The position numbers and the translations under genes are program-made. From the sequence record LR756500.1: a DNA stretch of 64,000 nucleotides. One strand, given 5' to 3'. Positions 11,362 through 24,675 of the stretch are shown piece by piece (position 1 is the stretch's first letter; each line of letters begins with the position of its first letter). The notes under the pieces are model-generated. The model was not told where the DNA came from and searched no databases. It saw only the letters and a list, made by a program, of their open reading frames with translations.

Positions 11362-12501
11362 TTAAATTTTTTCTTCTAATTCTCGATGTATAAATCTAGT
11401 TACTCCTATAAATTCTTCAAGATCATCTAAGTCTTCTCCAAATATTAAAAAGCCATGATTCTTTAAATTTATACAAAATAATCCAAGTTCAAGTTCGATA
11501 TCTTCAAGCCAAGGTCCTATAATTTCAAATACTGCATCAACTTCGCGTAAATCACCACATGGATAATATTGTTTAGTCATCCATGCACCTTCTATATATG
11601 CATGACCATGAATAATATATCTCATTGATGGAAATCTTTTATAAAGTTCTATTTGAACAGGAGTATCCACACTTGGCTTTAAATTGCTATCAGTATATAA
11701 AATTTCATTATTACCTTCATAAGCATATACAAAATCTTCAGGCTTAATAAAATCTTTAGGCATATTTCGTCCAGATACTAAAATTCCATCATCTAACTTT
11801 TTAGAAGGAAATGTAAATGAACATCTAGTAGAAGCATTTCCAAAATATCTTCCACCTCTTTCTTTTTCTATTTTTTGAGCTACTATTTTTACTATATCAC
11901 AAAATTTTTGTTCAGGTTTTAAATCTTGATTAAGAAATTTTAGTTTTTCTTGGTCTGATACACTATCAAGCCAATCTACAACATCTCTATTTGGTTTTTT
12001 AGTATGAAACCAATGATGCATTTGTTCCTTAAGATTTAATAATTTTGTATTTTTTCTTATAGAATTTTTTGTCCATTCAATTAATTTTAGAATTGCCTGT
12101 ACAAGATCATTTAAATCTGATGTATCAACCCATAAATTTCCTAATGCATCAATAAGTTTAAATGCAAATCCATATTTACTCAAATGAATAGTTATAACAG
12201 CATTTGCATTCATTTTAAATATTCTGGTTACTGCATCTGCTATAGTTCTTTCATCATTGATAACTTTAGAACAAATTAATATAGAACCTTTTTTCTTTTT
12301 AGGATAATCTTTAGCAACTTCATTATTAATATTAGGCATCCAAATTATAAAATCATAATCAGGAACAAGATTTAAAGCATTTTGTAAATCATCTAAACTT
12401 CCACCGTTAACTTTATGTGTTACTAAAAGGTCAGATAATTTATTAACAATTGAAGATTCTCTAGCATCACCAAAATTACCACCAACAATTAATTTTTTCA
12501 T
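11362..12501 (-). CDS. protein with a C-terminal class II aldolase/adducin-like domain
   Basis: KPSVDTPVQ, IIHGHAY and LKNHGFLI metal-binding His pattern. Confidence 0.65.
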   Translation of the reverse strand: MKKLIVGGNFGDARESSIVNKLSDLLVTHKVNGGSLDDLQNALNLVPDYDFIIWMPNINNEVAKDYPKKKKGSILICSKVINDERTIADAVTRIFKMNANAVITIHLSKYGFAFKLIDALGNLWVDTSDLNDLVQAILKLIEWTKNSIRKNTKLLNLKEQMHHWFHTKKPNRDVVDWLDSVSDQEKLKFLNQDLKPEQKFCDIVKIVAQKIEKERGGRYFGNASTRCSFTFPSKKLDDGILVSGRNMPKDFIKPEDFVYAYEGNNEILYTDSNLKPSVDTPVQIELYKRFPSMRYIIHGHAYIEGAWMTKQYYPCGDLREVDAVFEIIGPWLEDIELELGLFCINLKNHGFLIFGEDLDDLEEFIGVTRFIHRELEEKI

Positions 12502-13782
12502 TTATAATATTCCTTTATCTTTTATACGTTCTGCAGCTACAACACTTATTAACCAATTTAATTGCATGCTTTTTATATTATATTTAATACAAAAATCATC
12601 TCCAAATTCTTTTTGAAAATGATATAAATCACTATATTTTCTTATTTCATCAAGAATAGTAATTACTTCTCCTAATGTAATTCCATTTTTTATAAATTTA
12701 GAATCTTTAGTTAATGAAATTGGATTAAATTTACCTGCATATAAATTAAATTTATTTTTAATAGCATCTTCTTCTAATTCCTTTAATTTAATTAAACCAT
12801 CTTCAGTTATTTCTCTTAAGTGTGCAATACCTAATTTTGTTAATGATCCATGAGGTGTTGCGAAAAATGGAATTGAAAACATTTTTTCCCCATTAAATTG
12901 TCCCCATGAACCATCGGGACTTTCACCAACTATTCTTCCAATTACTTCACCCCACATACAAGGATATCCAAGTTCGTATTTTTTAATACTATCTTTTTTA
13001 ATATCTATAAATCCAATTAAAGCCAATATATCCATCATAATTTAAAATTTTGAATTAGTTTTAATTGTTCTTCTGTAATAACTATTGCATTTCCGAAATG
13101 TTGTTCAATTTCTGCAACTGATTCATCTAATTTATATTCAATATAATCATCAAAATCTTCAAATTCATCTATATCAAATTCTTCATCTTCAATTGAAAAT
13201 GTAAATTTTTCAATAGGACTTATATTATTATTTTTAACATTTTCCGGATATACTGATATCATATAAAACACTTTTACCATATAATAAATATTTTAAATAA
13301 AGGTAAATATAATAATTTAGATTCATAAATAAAAAAGGGAATCTTTATTCAAAATTCCCTTTAACTTTTTATTTTTACATAAAAGAAGATTGTGTTTCTT
13401 CTTTATCTATATTTTTATTTTTAATAATACTATTTATAATTTTTTTTTCTTCTAATTCTCTATTAGATTTTTTTCTAATACCATCAAAAGTTTGATATGG
13501 TGATACATCATCTCTTACTTTTCTATCTTTAGGATATTTATAATCTACATCTTTATGTGCATTAGAACTTCCACCTAATTTATCATCCCAAAACTTTTTA
13601 AAATCACTAAGGTTAGAATTAAAATATCTTATTTTACTTAAAATATCTTTATTTTCTAATCTAACATTTTCGTCTCCTTCTACTCTAAATTCTTCATATA
13701 ATTTTTCAGTCTCTATTGCAGATAGACTATCTATAATCGACAATATGCGATTATAATCATTAAACTCAATTAGATTTTCCAT
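12502..13782 (-). other. three hypothetical CDS (12502-13038, 13035-13280, 13375-13782)
   Basis: ORF track. Confidence 0.55.
13334..13362. terminator. hairpin, probable terminator of 13375-13782
   Basis: AAAGGGAAT-11nt-ATTCCCTTT with A/T tails. Confidence 0.6.
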
Positions 13783-13793
13783 ATATTATTTTT

Positions 13794-13816
13794 AAAACTT
13801 TTTTATTATATTTACC
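13794..13816 (+). promoter_or_regulatory. repeated promoter-like motif
   Basis: AAAACTTTTTTATTATATTTACC, 20 bp upstream of the 13836 ATG. Confidence 0.6.
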
Positions 13817-13835
13817 CTTATTTAATTATATATTT

Positions 13836-16800
13836 ATGGAAATTAAATTAACCAACGAAGAATCAGAAGAATATTTCTATAACGCATTAAGTAATGGCGG
13901 ATTATCACTTTTAGAAAATTCTGGTATTATTTTATCTTACGATAAAGATCAATATAAATTAGCAGCAGAGAAATTAACAGATTCATGTTTTGAAGATGTT
14001 TTAATGCAAATTTTAATAGATGGAAATAAATTATCTTTTATTGATTTAGAAGGTGATGGAGAATATTCAAGAGAAGTAACATTAGAACTTGTGCATCAAA
14101 GAGTCAATAAAATGCCTCAAAAACATTTATTAGATTTAGTACAAGAAAATGATGATGCAATAACAGCAGATGTTTTGTTGCAAAGTGTTTTATACGACGG
14201 TGAAATAATATTTGGATAAAATGAAAAGAATTATTTTAGTAGATGATAATCATTATAAAGGCTGGGATGTTTTATTTAAACATATAATTAAAGACATTTA
14301 TGGTGATTTAGTAGAATATAGTTATGTTGATTTTTTAAATAAAACAGAAAGTCAAATACATGTTGAATTAGATAAATTATTTAGAAGTGCAAATGAAGAT
14401 ACAATATTTATTTTAGATAATCAACTTGGACTATCTTTAACTGGATTAGATTATTTAAAACTTTATAAAATTAATGCTATATTAAATACTGCTGATAGTA
14501 TTGGATTTGAAGCAGCTAAAAATGGAGCTTTATTTTATATGATGAAAGATAATCCTTCTAATCCAATGAGTAATGAAGAATTAAAAAATATGATGATTTT
14601 ATTTCATAAAACTATAATTAAACATTTTAGATTTATTCCAGAATTAATATGGCTAGTTTACAATAAATTAAATTAAGTATTATGAAAATGTATATACCTG
14701 AAATAGGAAATAAAATTCAATTATTAAATGATTGGAGTTTTAATCTTTATCCTGAACGAAGAAATGATTCTTTAATTGATTTATTAAATAAAAAATTTTC
14801 ATATAATTGGTTATATGAAGAAGTTGATGGTGAATCGAAAGCTGTTTATGTATTAATTGAATCTACTTTAGCAGATGATATTTATAATAAAATATGGCGT
14901 ATTAAAAATCCCGATTTTCATGATGAAAGAATTAAATTATTTAAAATAGCTCAAAACGATGGATATGTGTTTAAATATTTATTAAGTACTATACATAAAG
15001 ATTCTATTTTAACTATAGATAGAGTTTATATAAGAAAAGGAGCATCAGATTATAGTTCAATATCTTTTAGACTAGATAAAAAAGTATAATTGATATAAAT
15101 TATCAAACAAAACAAACATTTCAAACAATAAAATCATCTAATTTTGCCCAAAATTAGATGATGTTAATAAAATAGAATTTAGTTTAATTAATTAAAAATA
15201 TTATTATGATGACGTCTTATTATTCAGAACAAGAACTTCAAAATTATATTAGTGTAAAAGATAAAGATCTTAATACTTTATTTCAAGAATTACGAAAATT
15301 AATTCCAGATAGATATTATTTAAGAGAATCTAGTGTAACTCTTAAAAATTTCTTTAGAGTTAAAAAGAAAGAACTTACTTTTTATAGCCTATTATTTAGA
15401 TATGGAAATGATAATGATTTTGAATGTCAAAATATAAATTTTGAAGTTACAGGTTCAAAATCTTCAATAAATATTAGTGTTGAAAAATCATACATTATGT
15501 CAATGTTTTACGGTCTAATAAACGGTTATAGTCACGCAATAAATAAAAATAAACAAAAAGTAAACATTAAGCAATATCTTCATAAAAATATTAAGCAAGA
15601 AAAAGAATTAAAACGAAATATTTATGAAAACATTATTGTCGAATAACGATATAAAAAATTTAAACGATTTAGGATTTAAATTAAATATAACATCTAATTC
15701 AATAAAATATTTTATTTATAAAGTAAGATATAATTATTTTATTGAATTAGATGTGCATGAAACAGAATCATCGATTTTAATAAAGGTTTCAAACAGATAT
15801 GAAGATAAAAATTTTACCATATTTAATGGCACTTTTCAATCTATTGATTCATTAAAATATGTTTTATCAATAAGTAATATTGAAGATTGTGAATTAAAAC
15901 AAAAATGTATAACAAGTATTAAATACTAGAATGAAAACATATTTTTTACAAAACATTACAAAAAAATGGAATAAAATCTCAAATAAATATGGTAATGATC
16001 CTTTATTTGTTACTGCTATATTTTTTCCATTAGTTATCGTAGCATCTATATCATTTATGATAAGTATATTTTATAGTCATAGATTTTTCTGTGACTTTTT
16101 TGGCTGGCATAGAAGTAAAGATATTCTTATTAATAATTCTACTAAAACAGGTCACTGTGCTAGATGTGGAATGCAAAATTTAACAAAAGATTCAAACAAT
16201 AATTGGTATTAAACATGGAAGATTATCATTTAAAAAATAAAAAAATACTTACTATTGCTAAAAATATTTTTGGCGATATAGTTAAAAATGCTTATATAGC
16301 TTATTTTGATAAAGATTTAATTTCAGGATTGGTTTCATCTTATAAAAAATTAAAAGATGATAGTATATTATTACCTTACGATAGTGATGATATTGTATTA
16401 GAATTTAGTAATGGAAATTTAGTTAAATTTTCTAATTCTGAATGGGCTAGTATATCTAAAATTGAAACATTAAATATAATTTAAATGGACGAAACACCAA
16501 TTTCAGTTTTATTAAAACAGATTAAATTTTATAATCAATTTATCAATTCGCTTACAACAAAAGAAGGTATTGATGAAAATGCTTCTCAAAAGAAGTTAAA
16601 TAAATTGATAAAAGAATGTAAAATAAAAATAAAAGAGTTTAAAAGAGCAATTAAAATTTTAAAAGAATATGAAATTAAAAGTTGAATTTAACGATGCTAT
16701 TAAAGGTAATTTATCAGCTAAAAAACTTTTTATTATAACGTTAGTTGACGAAGAAGATACATCTAATACTTTATGGTTAGCAAATGATGAAAATGAATTA

Positions 16801-16923
16801 CACGATCTTGCAAAACAAAATATCGATGATGGAATTTTCGGAACAAAAGAAGAATTTAATAAAGCCTTTAAAGAAGACTGGGGAAGAATTATTTTATATA
16901 AAGAAATAGGAAGTATTTGTTAA
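13836..16923 (+). other. operon of nine short hypothetical CDS (13836-14219 to 16669-16923)
   Basis: Overlapping or abutting ORFs downstream of the promoter motif; internal hairpin at 15134-15161. Confidence 0.6.
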
Positions 16924-17291
16924 TTTTCTTTTTCTAAGAGAGCATAGTATTCTTTACAATGATCACATTGTATTTTACATTTAGACTGTCCTTCTATATC
17001 GCATTGGCAATAAAATTTTCTATTTATTCCTAAAATACAAAATTTAAATTCTTGTAAATTATTTTTAATTAAAAAATATCTATAAGATATTTCTTCTAAC
17101 ACTATTTTAAAATAATTTTGTTTTTTATCCATTTTTACACCAATAAAATCCAGGAAAATACGATTCTTCCGTTTCATAATTCCAATCATCATCCCAATAA
17201 TAGTATTCACTACATATTGGACAATTTCCATTATCATAATCTTCAACCAAAAATTTATGTTTACAGTTAGGACATTCTATTTCATTCATAA

Positions 17292-17522
17292 TCAAATGGA
17301 CATTACAACATAACCTTCTTCTATTCCAAATTGACCACCTTCTAAAATATAATTAACAGTTCTAGCCATCATTCTTCCTGTATATTGTTCACCATTCCAT
17401 TCTTTTAAAATAAGTGTATCTCCATTTTGAAAATTACGATCATTCTTTCTTACTTCAAATGTTTTATGACACATAAACATTTCCTGAAAATATTTAGAAG
17501 TAGTTTTTAATTCGTGTATCAT
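17292..17522 (-). CDS. ASCH/DUF3850 domain protein
   Basis: MIHELKT..YFQ....HKTFEVRKNDRNFQNGDTLILKEW. Confidence 0.8.
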   Translation of the reverse strand: MIHELKTTSKYFQEMFMCHKTFEVRKNDRNFQNGDTLILKEWNGEQYTGRMMARTVNYILEGGQFGIEEGYVVMSI

Positions 17523-17789
17523 GTTATATTTTATTTTGTTCTCTTATATTTTGTTCAAGTTCAAGCATTCCTGAAAAACAATCTCTTATATATGAATGTA
17601 ATTTACCTAATTCATATCCATATACAACATCATCTTTCTCTCCGTTACATAAATCTCTAATTGTATCGCCATGCATTTCAAACATTCGTCTATAATGCTC
17701 TATCTGCTCGAATTGATCATTTGTTATATATATTTTAGTTTCTTTCTTTTTACTTTTATTTTTCATATATTTTCAAATTTTGTTAATTT

Positions 17790-18095
17790 TTAAAATAAAA
17801 TAGTCAGAGGTTTCAGGTATTTCTCCTTAATAATAGACATTTGCAACTGCTATTAAATGTACTTGACTATTTTATTATTTAAAAATAACTATTGGATTAT
17901 TATTACGCCGTACGGGAAATGTAGAGCTTTCGGCACTCTCCTGGAATCATTTTCAGATCTCGCCACTAATAATAGTTTATTTCCACTCCAATAGTTATTC
18001 AGTTTCGCCCCCTGTATAGATAGTTTATACTCTATCAGATGCCCATGGTCAGCCATAGCTCTTTTTGATTATATCTAAATTGTTAGAAAGGGAGC
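17790..18095. ncRNA. candidate structured ncRNA, family unknown
   Basis: ORF-free gap of about 330 bp, locally GC-richer, with two 13-bp closing stems (17794-17806/17864-17876; 17884-17896/17987-17999) and several small hairpins. Confidence 0.4.
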
Positions 18096-18100
18096 CACCT

Positions 18101-21100
18101 CTATTTATCTTTTAAAAATTTTTCTAATAAATCTAACATTTCTTCAATTGACCAATTTTTATTTATAAATTTATAACTTCCGTCTTCAGTATCTTCAAAT
18201 GCAGGATAAATATAATACTTATGAATAACTGACACATGATCTTTAGGCTGTATATTAACGCAATAACCTGTATCTTTACAAAGAGCTTCAATTTTTTTAT
18301 CTAGTTCTTTACATTTTTTTCGGCTTTCGGCTTTTTGCCAAAAATTTATAAATGGAATATATTTACCTTCTTCCCATAAAGGATAAGTAATAAAATTTTC
18401 AGATATAAATGGAATTAATTTTTCAATTTGTTTATGTATTTTATTTTGTGCATTTGAATTTTTAATTAAATCATCTTTAATTTCACCTAAATCTTCAAAT
18501 ATATGATTAGGTAAATTTGAATAATTATTTTTTAAATATTCAATTACACTAATTAAATTTGTTCTTTCATTTTTCATTTCATTTTTCATTTAAAAAGTTA
18601 TCATAAATTTCTAAATATTTTTCACTAACACCTTCTATACTATACGGCAAAAAACTTTTATCATATTTTTTCCAATGATTCCAATATTTTTTAACTTGTT
18701 CTTCTAATTTAATATCTTTATCATTAACTTTTCTATGTAAAGACGTGAAAATTATTCCTGACATATCATCAGCGTGAACAATCCCAATAGTATTAAAATA
18801 TTTATGTAAATTACTTTCTTTATTCCATAATCCCTAATTATTTCTAATAGCTGTTCCAAAACCATGATGAATAGTTGAAATAGCATCTGTTTCATTGTTT
18901 TCAGCAAATCTTTTTAATTCAGTTATATCTGTATTTTTTATTAAAGCGNNNNNNNNNNNNNNNNNNNNNNNNNGTTTAATTTCTTTCATAATATGTTCTT
19001 TAATTTTTCATTTCGTATACAGTTTATATTATCACATTGATGTTTTCCTGGTCTAACTAAAGTTAATTTTTCTCCACAATCTCCACATGCATAAATTAAT
19101 TCTAGTTCTGAATCAGCATTAATTATCGTAATTTCTTTTAATAAGTTTTTATTTCTTTGTAAATCTTCTTCTAATCTTTTAATATATGTAGTCATCCTAT
19201 CAATTATATAATTAATTAGTAAATTATCATTTATTAAATTTTTATCAGATGTTGGATATGCAAAATGAAATTTATTACTATATTTATTGATATAGTAATA
19301 AATTTCATTTGAGCATTTTATAATTTTAGTTCCACCGTCTCTTATAGTATCGATAAAGGTTACACTAAAAAATTTACCACCTTTTATTACATATTTTTTA
19401 ATTAATTCTTCTTCCATAATTATCTATCTACTTCTATTATAGCATCCGGATGTTCTATACATGCATTTAAATATTTTTCAATCCATGGAACGAAATGAAT
19501 ATATAATCCCCATCCATTAGATGCATTAAATTGTTCATAAAATTCAGGTCTAGTTTTCATATCTTCTAAACCATTAGTAAGAGGTTCTATTAATTCGCTA
19601 GCTTTGGTTATATTAATTTCTTCAGGCCTCCATAAATGATAATATATTCCAGCCTCAGCTGCCATTTTTCCTAAATTATGTGTAATGTTTTGACCAAAAT
19701 ATATTTCATAATCTTCATATACACTATGACAATGATCACATTCTTTTTTAACTTTTTCTTTACTCTTTAAACTTACATCTAAACTCATAAAATATTTTTA
19801 ATTATACAATAATTCAGTAAGATTATATTCTAATTTATTTCTTTTTTCTAAATCTTTAATAGCTTGTTCAAATCTTTCAGCTGTTAATTCTTTTAAAGAT
19901 GAAATCATAAACCTTTGTGTTATAGTAGTAAATACTTCATAACTACCATCGTTATATTTTCTTATATTGATTCCATCTTTAATATACTCTGTTATTTCTT
20001 CATTCATTATTTGTCCTTTCTTTTTCTTTCTTTTTTTTGTATTGTTCAAATTGTAATGCATCAAATAAATATTCAACACCAAACCATCCGTATAAATCTC
20101 TTAATTTATAATTAAATTTATGAAACTTTAATATTTCATCAATAGTTAATTCAGGTAAATCTCTTTCAATACATCCTTTAAATGAATCAAATCTTGATTT
20201 AAAAGATTCATATTCTCCAACTCCTGATATTAAATATCCATCTCTAGTTTTTCTTATTAAATTTACAAAATCTTCTAAAGACTCTAAATTATCAAAATAT
20301 TTATTATCCATATTAATATGTTATTTTTCCTAAATTAATTAACTCATCTAAAATATTATCTAAGTATAAATCTAAATGTTCTTTAATTCGTTCTTTTAAA
20401 TAAAAATTTTGTTCTTCAAGATTTGCATTATTCCAATTATCTTCATTTACATCTACTTTTATTATTAGTTCATTAAATTTAACTTTTATTTTAAGTTCTT
20501 TTTCCATTTTTTAAATAAGTTTTTTGATATTTTCGTAATTTAATTTTAGATTTAGTACCATCTGCATTAATAACTAAGCAATATTTTTCTATAAAATATA
20601 CAATATTAGATTTACATTTTTCAAATTCTGTCATTATATTATTATTAAAGGTATATTTTCATTTAATTTTGATGCGTCATATCCTATATTAGTTGAATCA
20701 TTACCAGTTACACATTTTATAGGTCTTTCATGAAATAAATACACTGATTTAACTGCAGCTGCTATTAAAAAATATTCTCGCTCAGATAATGTTTCTTTTA
20801 AATTTATAAAATCTGTATTAATCATTAATTGATAATTTTTATCAGATTTAATATCGTAACCTATTAAAATGCAATGATGTAATTTACCTTTATATTTATT
20901 AAACCATTCATCATAAGATAATGAATTTTCCAATAGATATTTTTTAGCAATATCTGCATTATATTTTTTCATTTCTTCTAATGTAATTCCTTTTATGTAA
21001 AATTTACCAACTCCATCAAATGAATATTCTAAACCACCATTCCATATAACTTCATAAAATACTTCATCTTTATTATGTCCTATTGTTCCATATATTTTAT

Positions 21101-23002
21101 CTGATTGCATATTAACGAAAGCATCAGTAACTTTCTTCATATATGATTCATATTCAATTTGAAATTCATTTTTCATTTTTAAAAATTAATTTAAATTAAA
21201 AAATTTATTATCATCTTTTGAATCATAAAATGTTCTACTATCTATACCTGTATATTTTTTAATTATTTCGTAAAGTTCATTTCCTAATGCAGTAGCTTTA
21301 TCTTCATCGATAAGATTATTATGATAAGCAATATTAAAAAGTGTATGTCTAAATAATACTGTAGCATTCATTAATGCATCATCTTTATATTTATCAGGAA
21401 CTATTCCAACTTCCTCTGTTTTTACTTCAAATCCTAATATAATATCTGCCCAAGTATCTAAACTGTCTTGGAATTCTTTCTGTATTTCTTTAATTTGTTC
21501 TTTCATTATTTTTAAGTTAAATTATTGTCCCTTCTTTATATGCTTTATCTAAATATTCGTCATATATTTCTAATAAATATTTCTTTACTTTTCCTATTAA
21601 TTCTATTTTTTTTATTTCAGACAATTTTTCTATTTCTTCCATAATCTAAGTTTTTTAGAATTTATAAACTGTGTTTTTTTATGTTCTAAATATTGAATAT
21701 CTGTTATCATATCATGTATTGCACTATCATCTTTAAAACGAGTATAACAATAAATTATAAATGCATCTTTTGCAAGTTCAATTTGTTTATTTAATCTTTC
21801 CATTTATTTTAATTTGTAAAGTATTCATTACAATGTTTACATTTATAATGTGTTAATTCAATTCCTTTCATTTCTTCAGTGCATACTGGACAATTAGTTA
21901 TTCTTTTTGGATATGAATTCAAAATATTATTACAATTAATAAGCATTTCAGCTAATTTCTTTTTAGACAATTTCATATACATTGTCATTTTTTCTTCTTG
22001 TGTTTGTTCTATTGTTTGTAGCATATTTTTATTTATTATTTTTATTCATCCAAAATCAATTACACCATCAGGATATTTTTCCCAAAATTCTTTTAATCTT
22101 TTATATGAATTATATTTTAATTTTTTTTCTTCTTCATCACTATCAAATATTGTATTTTTAAATGATACAAGATCTTTATTATCTTCTAACCATTTAAAAC
22201 ATTCTATTTTAGAATAAATAACATCTAATGTATATTCGCCATTGGAAACTTCTCTTTTTGATGTTCTAAATAAATCATGATATTCAGTTTTATTTAAAGT
22301 TTCAATTTCAGAAATTCTTTGATCAATTTGAAATATTTCTATATCATCTAAATATGTTTCAAAATTTTCGCATTTATCCAATTTATCATAAAGTTCTTTA
22401 TACTCTTCGTATAATACTTTATCTTTATAAAACCGAGTGTGTAATCCCATAATATTAGTCTATATCAGGTATTATATCATATCTTCCATTAATTATTCCT
22501 TCTTCATCAATATATATTTTAGTATCGAATCCTCGTCCAAATCCACTTCTATATCCTTGTAATTTAAGCATATATTTCATGCATTCATCTGAATGACAAT
22601 CGGCTCTACATATTAAATAATTATATTGTTTAGTTTCTATAAAATCTCCTTTTCTCCAATTTTCTAATTCACATTCTAAATCTTTTGTTTGAGATTCTAT
22701 TTCACTTATTTTACCACAATATGGACATTTCATTTCCATATAAATACTATCAAACATTCCCATAATTATAATCTAAAAGTTCTTAAACTATTCATTATCT
22801 CTTTAATTGTTTCTGGATTTGATCTAAGATGAGTTTTTACTCTTCTTTTAGAAATAAGTTTTCTTGTATTATTTAAAATTATAAATTTATTTGCATAAAA
22901 CATCATAAGTTCTTCAATATAATTAGGCACATGAATTTTAATACTATTTATTTCGTTAAATTCATTTATTGCTTTAGTTGCATTTAAAATATTATTTTCC
23001 AT
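18101..23002 (-). other. run of about 13 short phage-type hypothetical CDS (e.g. 19420-19788 MSLDV..ITHNLGKMA..WRPEE..NGWG family; 22455-22763 CxxC)
   Basis: ORF track; tightly packed and co-oriented. Confidence 0.55.
18579..18948 (-). pseudogene. DUF6794-like protein interrupted by TAG at 18834-18836; 5' part lies in an N gap
   Basis: Reading frame HHGFGTAIRNN*GLWNKES...HADDMSGII continues into ORF 18579-18764. Confidence 0.55.
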
Positions 23003-23079
23003 ATATTTAATTTTAATTATAGCAAATATAATTAATTAGTTTATAATTTAAAAATAATCCTTAATAATTTATAGCTTAT

Positions 23080-23649
23080 TTATTTTATAATTTCATCTAT
23101 AACTCCTAATCTAAGGGCTTGTTTACTATTCATAGTCCAATCAATTTTATGAGTGTAAATTTTCTTAAGTTGTTTTTTAGATATTTTAGTTTTTTCAAGA
23201 GTTATTTTCTCAAGAAGTTTTTGTAATCTTTTTGTTTCATAAAACTCTTCTTCCATATCTTTAGCTTTACCCCAGAAACCATTACTTATTTGATGATATA
23301 ATGGTGTTGATAATTCATAACCAAATCTCTTATGTCCATTTATTAATATCATAAATCCGCACGACATAGCACAACCTGTAACAATAGTATAAATAGGTGT
23401 TTTACTTGTATTCATTATAGATAATAAACCAAAACATTGATATACCATTCCTCCATAAGAATCAATATAAATTTTAATTGGTTTACGTTTATATTTAACA
23501 TAATCTATTGCATATACTTTGGTAAGACGATCGTCTTCTTCATTAATTTCAATTATTCTTTCAGTTAATTTACCTATTGATTCTTGATCAACTTGCTTAT
23601 TAAAATACAAATTTCTACCTGTTGGAATTTCTAATTTATTTTCTGCCAT
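23080..23649 (-). CDS. clpP: ClpP-family serine protease
   Basis: IYIDSYGG, GCAMSCG (catalytic Ser), YHQIS (His), ALRLGVIDEII. Confidence 0.85.
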   Translation of the reverse strand: MAENKLEIPTGRNLYFNKQVDQESIGKLTERIIEINEEDDRLTKVYAIDYVKYKRKPIKIYIDSYGGMVYQCFGLLSIMNTSKTPIYTIVTGCAMSCGFMILINGHKRFGYELSTPLYHQISNGFWGKAKDMEEEFYETKRLQKLLEKITLEKTKISKKQLKKIYTHKIDWTMNSKQALRLGVIDEIIK

Positions 23650-23721
23650 AAAATTTTAAATTTATTATTTTATGGAAAATTAATATTTTGTTTAAATAAA
23701 ATTTAATTAATTTAATCTTTA

Positions 23722-23820
23722 TTTCAACATTAAATATTTTTTTAATTTTTTTAACATTGATTGTCCTAAGGCATTCATATTTAATTAATTATATATTATT
23801 ATTTATATATTTATGTTAGC
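23722..23820 (+). repeat. 99-bp element, copy 1 (attI-like site at the end of cassette array 1)
   Basis: 97/99 identical to the reverse complement of 34987-35085; ends in ttatG|TTAGC exactly at the first cassette core. Confidence 0.85.
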
Positions 23821-23827
23821 AACAATA

Positions 23828-24196
23828 CTACAAACCGTACTTCGATTTAAGTTTTTCTAATTGCTCCAACTCAATCTTTTTAATTCTTTCCTTTTCTTGT
23901 CTATCTCGTTCATCTTGTCTTTTTTGGTATTCAATTTCTTCTTGTTCACACGCTTGTTTGTATTCATTTTCAGAAATTAGACCCAAATCAACAAGTGGAT
24001 GGTCGGTATTATCTTTACTATATTGGTTTATATTCACTTCATTTTTTGTGTATCCAAATCCTTCTGTAATATCATTAACAACCAATACTGTAAATGTGTT
24101 ATCTGTAAATTTTAACCATAAATCGCCACAATCTAATTTCAAATCAGAGATTGTTTTTCCTTTCAATTCATTGATATTCTGTATTTCATTTTTCAT
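23828..24196 (-). CDS. cassette 1 ORF, hypothetical
   Basis: Flanked by GTTAGCAACA (23815) and TGTTGCTAAC (24228), 10/10 complementary. Confidence 0.75.
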   Translation of the reverse strand: MKNEIQNINELKGKTISDLKLDCGDLWLKFTDNTFTVLVVNDITEGFGYTKNEVNINQYSKDNTDHPLVDLGLISENEYKQACEQEEIEYQKRQDERDRQEKERIKKIELEQLEKLKSKYGL

Positions 24197-24230
24197 ATTA
24201 TATAAATTAATCGTTTATAATCCGTACTGT

Positions 24231-24338
24231 TGCTAACACATTGTATATGTCGGTTTTGCCAATTGGCTTTTGTGCTTTTGTGCTTTGACTGAGAGTATGT
24301 GCGTGGCAAAACCGAACACATACAACCATTCGTTATAA
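24231..24338 (+). repeat. attC-like site C1
   Basis: TGCTAAC..TTGTATATG-CGGTTTTGCCA..TGGCAAAACCG..CATACAA..GTTATAA. Confidence 0.85.
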
Positions 24339-24353
24339 GTAATAAAATAAAAA

Positions 24354-24518
24354 CTACTTACTACTATTAATATCCTTAATCAAAATTTGAATTTCTTCAT
24401 TTTTATTTTCTAACTCTTTTTCAAATGCTTTTTGAAACTCAAACTTTTGTTCTTCACTTAACTCATTCAAATTTTGAATGTTAGTTTGTCTAATTTCTGC
24501 TTTAATTTTCTTTTCCAT
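24354..24518 (-). CDS. cassette 2 ORF, 54 aa (MEKKIKAEIRQ..., below ORF-track cutoff)
   Basis: Flanked by GTTATAAGTA and TACTTATAAC, 10/10. Confidence 0.6.
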   Translation of the reverse strand: MEKKIKAEIRQTNIQNLNELSEEQKFEFQKAFEKELENKNEEIQILIKDINSSK

Positions 24519-24544
24519 AATTTTACTGTTTTTATTTTACATAC

Positions 24545-24666
24545 TTATAACAACAAATATAAAACATTGCTGATGTAGTTTCTATTTATATTATACGTTT
24601 AATTTCAAGTTTTGTTTCATTTATTTACATTCATGTTGCAACTTTTTATATTTGTAATCGTTATAG
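24545..24666 (+). repeat. attC-like site C2
   Basis: TTATAAC-aa-CAAATATAAAA...TTTTATATTTG-taatc-GTTATAG; the right 60 bp are 56/60 identical to 33957-34016 (inverted). Confidence 0.85.
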
Positions 24667-24675
24667 ATAATAAAA

